DNA from: Nemertoderma westbladi
Taxonomy: Eukaryota > Animalia > Xenacoelomorpha
Reading direction: 5' to 3'
Assembly: GCA_032718475.1 (NCBI GenBank)
Contig: JAUCBJ010007849.1
Coordinates: 1 to 64,000 of the forward strand
DNA: 64,000 nt
Part shown: positions 61,035 to 64,000 of the stretch, in pieces
Numbering within the stretch: the stretch's first letter is position 1
Layout: every line of letters starts with the position of its first letter
Position numbers and translations under genes: made by a program
Notes under the pieces: generated by a model
What the model was told of the DNA's origin: nothing
Seen by the model: the letters and a program-made list of their open reading frames with translations, nothing else
Databases searched by the model: none

Positions 61035-64000
61035 AATATTATCTATACAATTACTTTCACTTTCCACAGGTTGCTCCTATAACCTCAATATTATCTATAC
61101 AATTACTTTCACTTTCCACGAATTGCTCCTATAGACTCAATATTCTCTATACAATTACTTTCACTTTCCACGAATTGCTCCTATAGACTCAATATTCTCT
61201 ATACAATTACTTTCACTTTCCACAGGTTGCTCCTATAGACTCAATATTCTCTAAACAATTACTTTCAATTTCCACAGGTTGCTCCTATAGACTCAATATT
61301 CTCTATACAATTACTTTCACTTTCCACGAATTGCTCCTATAGACTCAATATTCTCTATACAATTACTTTCACTTTCCACAGGTTGCTCCTATAGACTCAA
61401 TATTCTCTAAACAATTACTTTCAATTTCCACAGGTTGCTCCTATAGACTCAATATTCTCTATACAATTACTTTCACTTTCCACGAATTGCTCCTATAGAC
61501 TCAATATTCTCTATACAATTACTTTCACTTTCCACAGGTTGCTCCTATAGACTCAATATTCTCTAAACAATTACTTTCAATTTCCACAGGTTGCTCCTAT
61601 AGACTCAATATTCTCTATACAATTACTTTCACTTTCCACGAATTGCTCCTATAGACTCAATATTCTCTATACAATTACTTTCACTTTCCACAGGTTGCTC
61701 CTATAGTCTCAATATTCTCTATACAATTACTTTCACTTTCCACAGGTTGCTTTTATAGTCTCAATATTCTCTATACAATTACTTTCACTTTCCACAGGTT
61801 GCTCCTATAACCTCAATATTATCTATACAATTACTTTCACTTTCCACGAATTGCTCCTATAGACTCAATATTATCTATACAATTACTTTCACTTTCCACG
61901 AATTGCTCCTATAGACTCAATATTCTCTATACAATTACTTTCACTTTCCACAGGTTGCTCCTATAGTCTCAATATTCTCTATAAAATTACTTTCACTTTC
62001 CACAGGTTGCTCCTATAGTCTCAATATTCTCTATAAAATTACTTTCACTTTTCACAGGTTGCTTTTATAGTCTCAATATTCTCTATACAATTACTTTCAC
62101 TTTCCACAGGTTGCTCCTATAACCTCAATATTATCTATACAATTACTTTCACTTTCCACAGGTTGCTCCTATAACCTCAATATTATCTATACAATTACTT
62201 TCACTTTCCACGAATTGCTCCTATAGACTCAATATTCTCTATACAATTACTTTCACTTTCCACAGGTTGCTCCTATAGACTCAATATTCTCTAAACAATT
62301 ACTTTCAATTTCCACAGGTTGCTCCTATAGACTCAATATTCTCTATACAATTACTTTCACTTTCCACGAATTGCTCCTATAGACTCAATATTCTCTATAC
62401 AATTACTTTCACTTTCCACAGGTTGCTCCTATAGACTCAATATTCTCTAAACAGTTACTTTCAATTTCCACAGGTTGCTCCTATAGACTCAATATTCTCT
62501 ATACAATTACTTTCACTTTCCACGAATTGCTCCTATAGACTCAATATTCTCTATACAATTACTTTCACTTTCCACGAATTGCTCCTATAGACTCAATATT
62601 CTCTATACAATTACTTTCACTTTCCACAGGTTGCTCCTATAGACTCAATATTCTCTAAACAATTACTTTCAATTTCCACAGGTTGCTCCTATAGACTCAA
62701 TATTCTCTATACAATTACTTTCACTTTCCACGAATTGCTCCTATAGACTCAATATTCTCTATACAATTACTTTCACTTTCCACAGGTTGCTCCTATAGTC
62801 TCAATATTCTCTATAAAATTACTTTCACTTTCCACAGGTTGCTTTTATAGTCTCAATATTCTCTATACAATTACTTTCACTTTCCACAAGTGGCTCCTAT
62901 AGTCTCAATATTCTCTATACAATTACTTTCACTTTCCACAGGTTGCTCCTATAACCTCAATATTATCTATACAATTACTTTCACTTTCCACGAATTGCTC
63001 CTATAGACTCAATATTCTCTATACAATTACTTTCACTTTCCACAGGTTGCTCCTATAGTCTCAATATTCTCTATAAAATTACTTTCACTTTCCACAGGTT
63101 GCTCCTATAGTCTCAATATTCTCTATAAAATTACTTTCACTTTTCACAGGTTGCTTTTATAGTCTCAATATTCTCTATACAATTACTTTCACTTTCCACA
63201 GGTTGCTCCTATAACCTCAATATTATCTATACAATTACTTTCACTTTCCACAGGTTGCTCCTATAACCTCAATATTATCTATACAATTACTTTCACTTTC
63301 CACGAATTGCTCCTATAGACTCAATATTCTCTATACAATTACTTTCACTTTCCACAGGTTGCTCCTATAGTCTCAATATTCTCTATAAAATTACTTTCAC
63401 TTTTCACAGGTTGCTTTTATAGTCTCAATATTCTCTATACAATTACTTTCACTTTCCACAGGTTGCTCCTATAGTCTCAATATTATCTATACAATTACTG
63501 GTACTTTCACTTTCCACAGGTTGCTCCTATAACCTCAATATTATCTATACAATTACTTTCACTTTCCACAGGTTGCTCCTATAACCTCAATATTATCTAT
63601 ACAATTACTTTCACTTTCCACGAATTGCTCCTATAGACTCAATATTCTCTATACAATTACTTTCACTTTCCACAGGTTGCTCCTATAGTCTCAATATTCT
63701 CTATAAAATTACTTTCACTTTCCACAGGTTGCTTTTATAGTCTCAATATTCTCTATACAATTACTTTCACTTTCCACAAGTGGCTCCTATAGTCTCAATA
63801 TTCTCTATACAATTACTTTCACTTTCCACAAGTGGCTCCTATAGTCTCAATATTCTCTATACAATTACTCTCACTTTCCACAAGTGGCTCCTATAGTCTC
63901 AATATTCTCTATACAATTACTTTCACTTTCCACAAGTGGCTCCTATAGTCTCAATATTCTCTATACAATTACTTTCACTTTCCACAAGTGGCTCCTATAG
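61035..64000 (+). repeat. 52-bp tandem satellite, right arm (about 57 units, continues past the window)
   Basis: The same unit resumes in register after the LINE tail. Confidence 0.97.

Noticed and set aside
29541-64000. CRISPR array or coding repeat
   Set aside because: Head-to-tail units without unique spacers, eukaryotic context and no cas genes. The 52-bp period introduces stop codons on the plus strand.

Overview
Animal (invertebrate-like) genomic DNA, AT-rich and intron-containing. In order: the last coding exon of adenylate kinase 7 (193-1161, +); a (GCCAC)70 microsatellite; a two-exon 72-aa secreted-peptide gene that the ORF track misses (3445-4034); then a three-tier nested insertion, in which a Penelope-like fragment is split by a solo LTR (TSD AAGTC), itself split by a young 15.6-kb BEL/Pao LTR retrotransposon (6889-22527, -, TSD GATGT). 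That element has an extra zinc-knuckle ORF after pol and no tRNA primer-binding site; the PBS position instead holds an 11-mer exactly complementary to an 11-mer in its own 5' LTR (possible self-priming). Next come two coding exons of an SLC12A9-like cation-chloride cotransporter (25418-28140, +). A >30-kb array of a 52-bp unit follows; the unit is the 3' splice site plus the first 8 codons (VAPIVSIF) of the transporter's expected next exon, amplified about 575 times in higher-order blocks and interrupted by a 5'-truncated LINE with intact ORF2 (56594-61034). All coordinates and counts were read by eye; no database searches were run.
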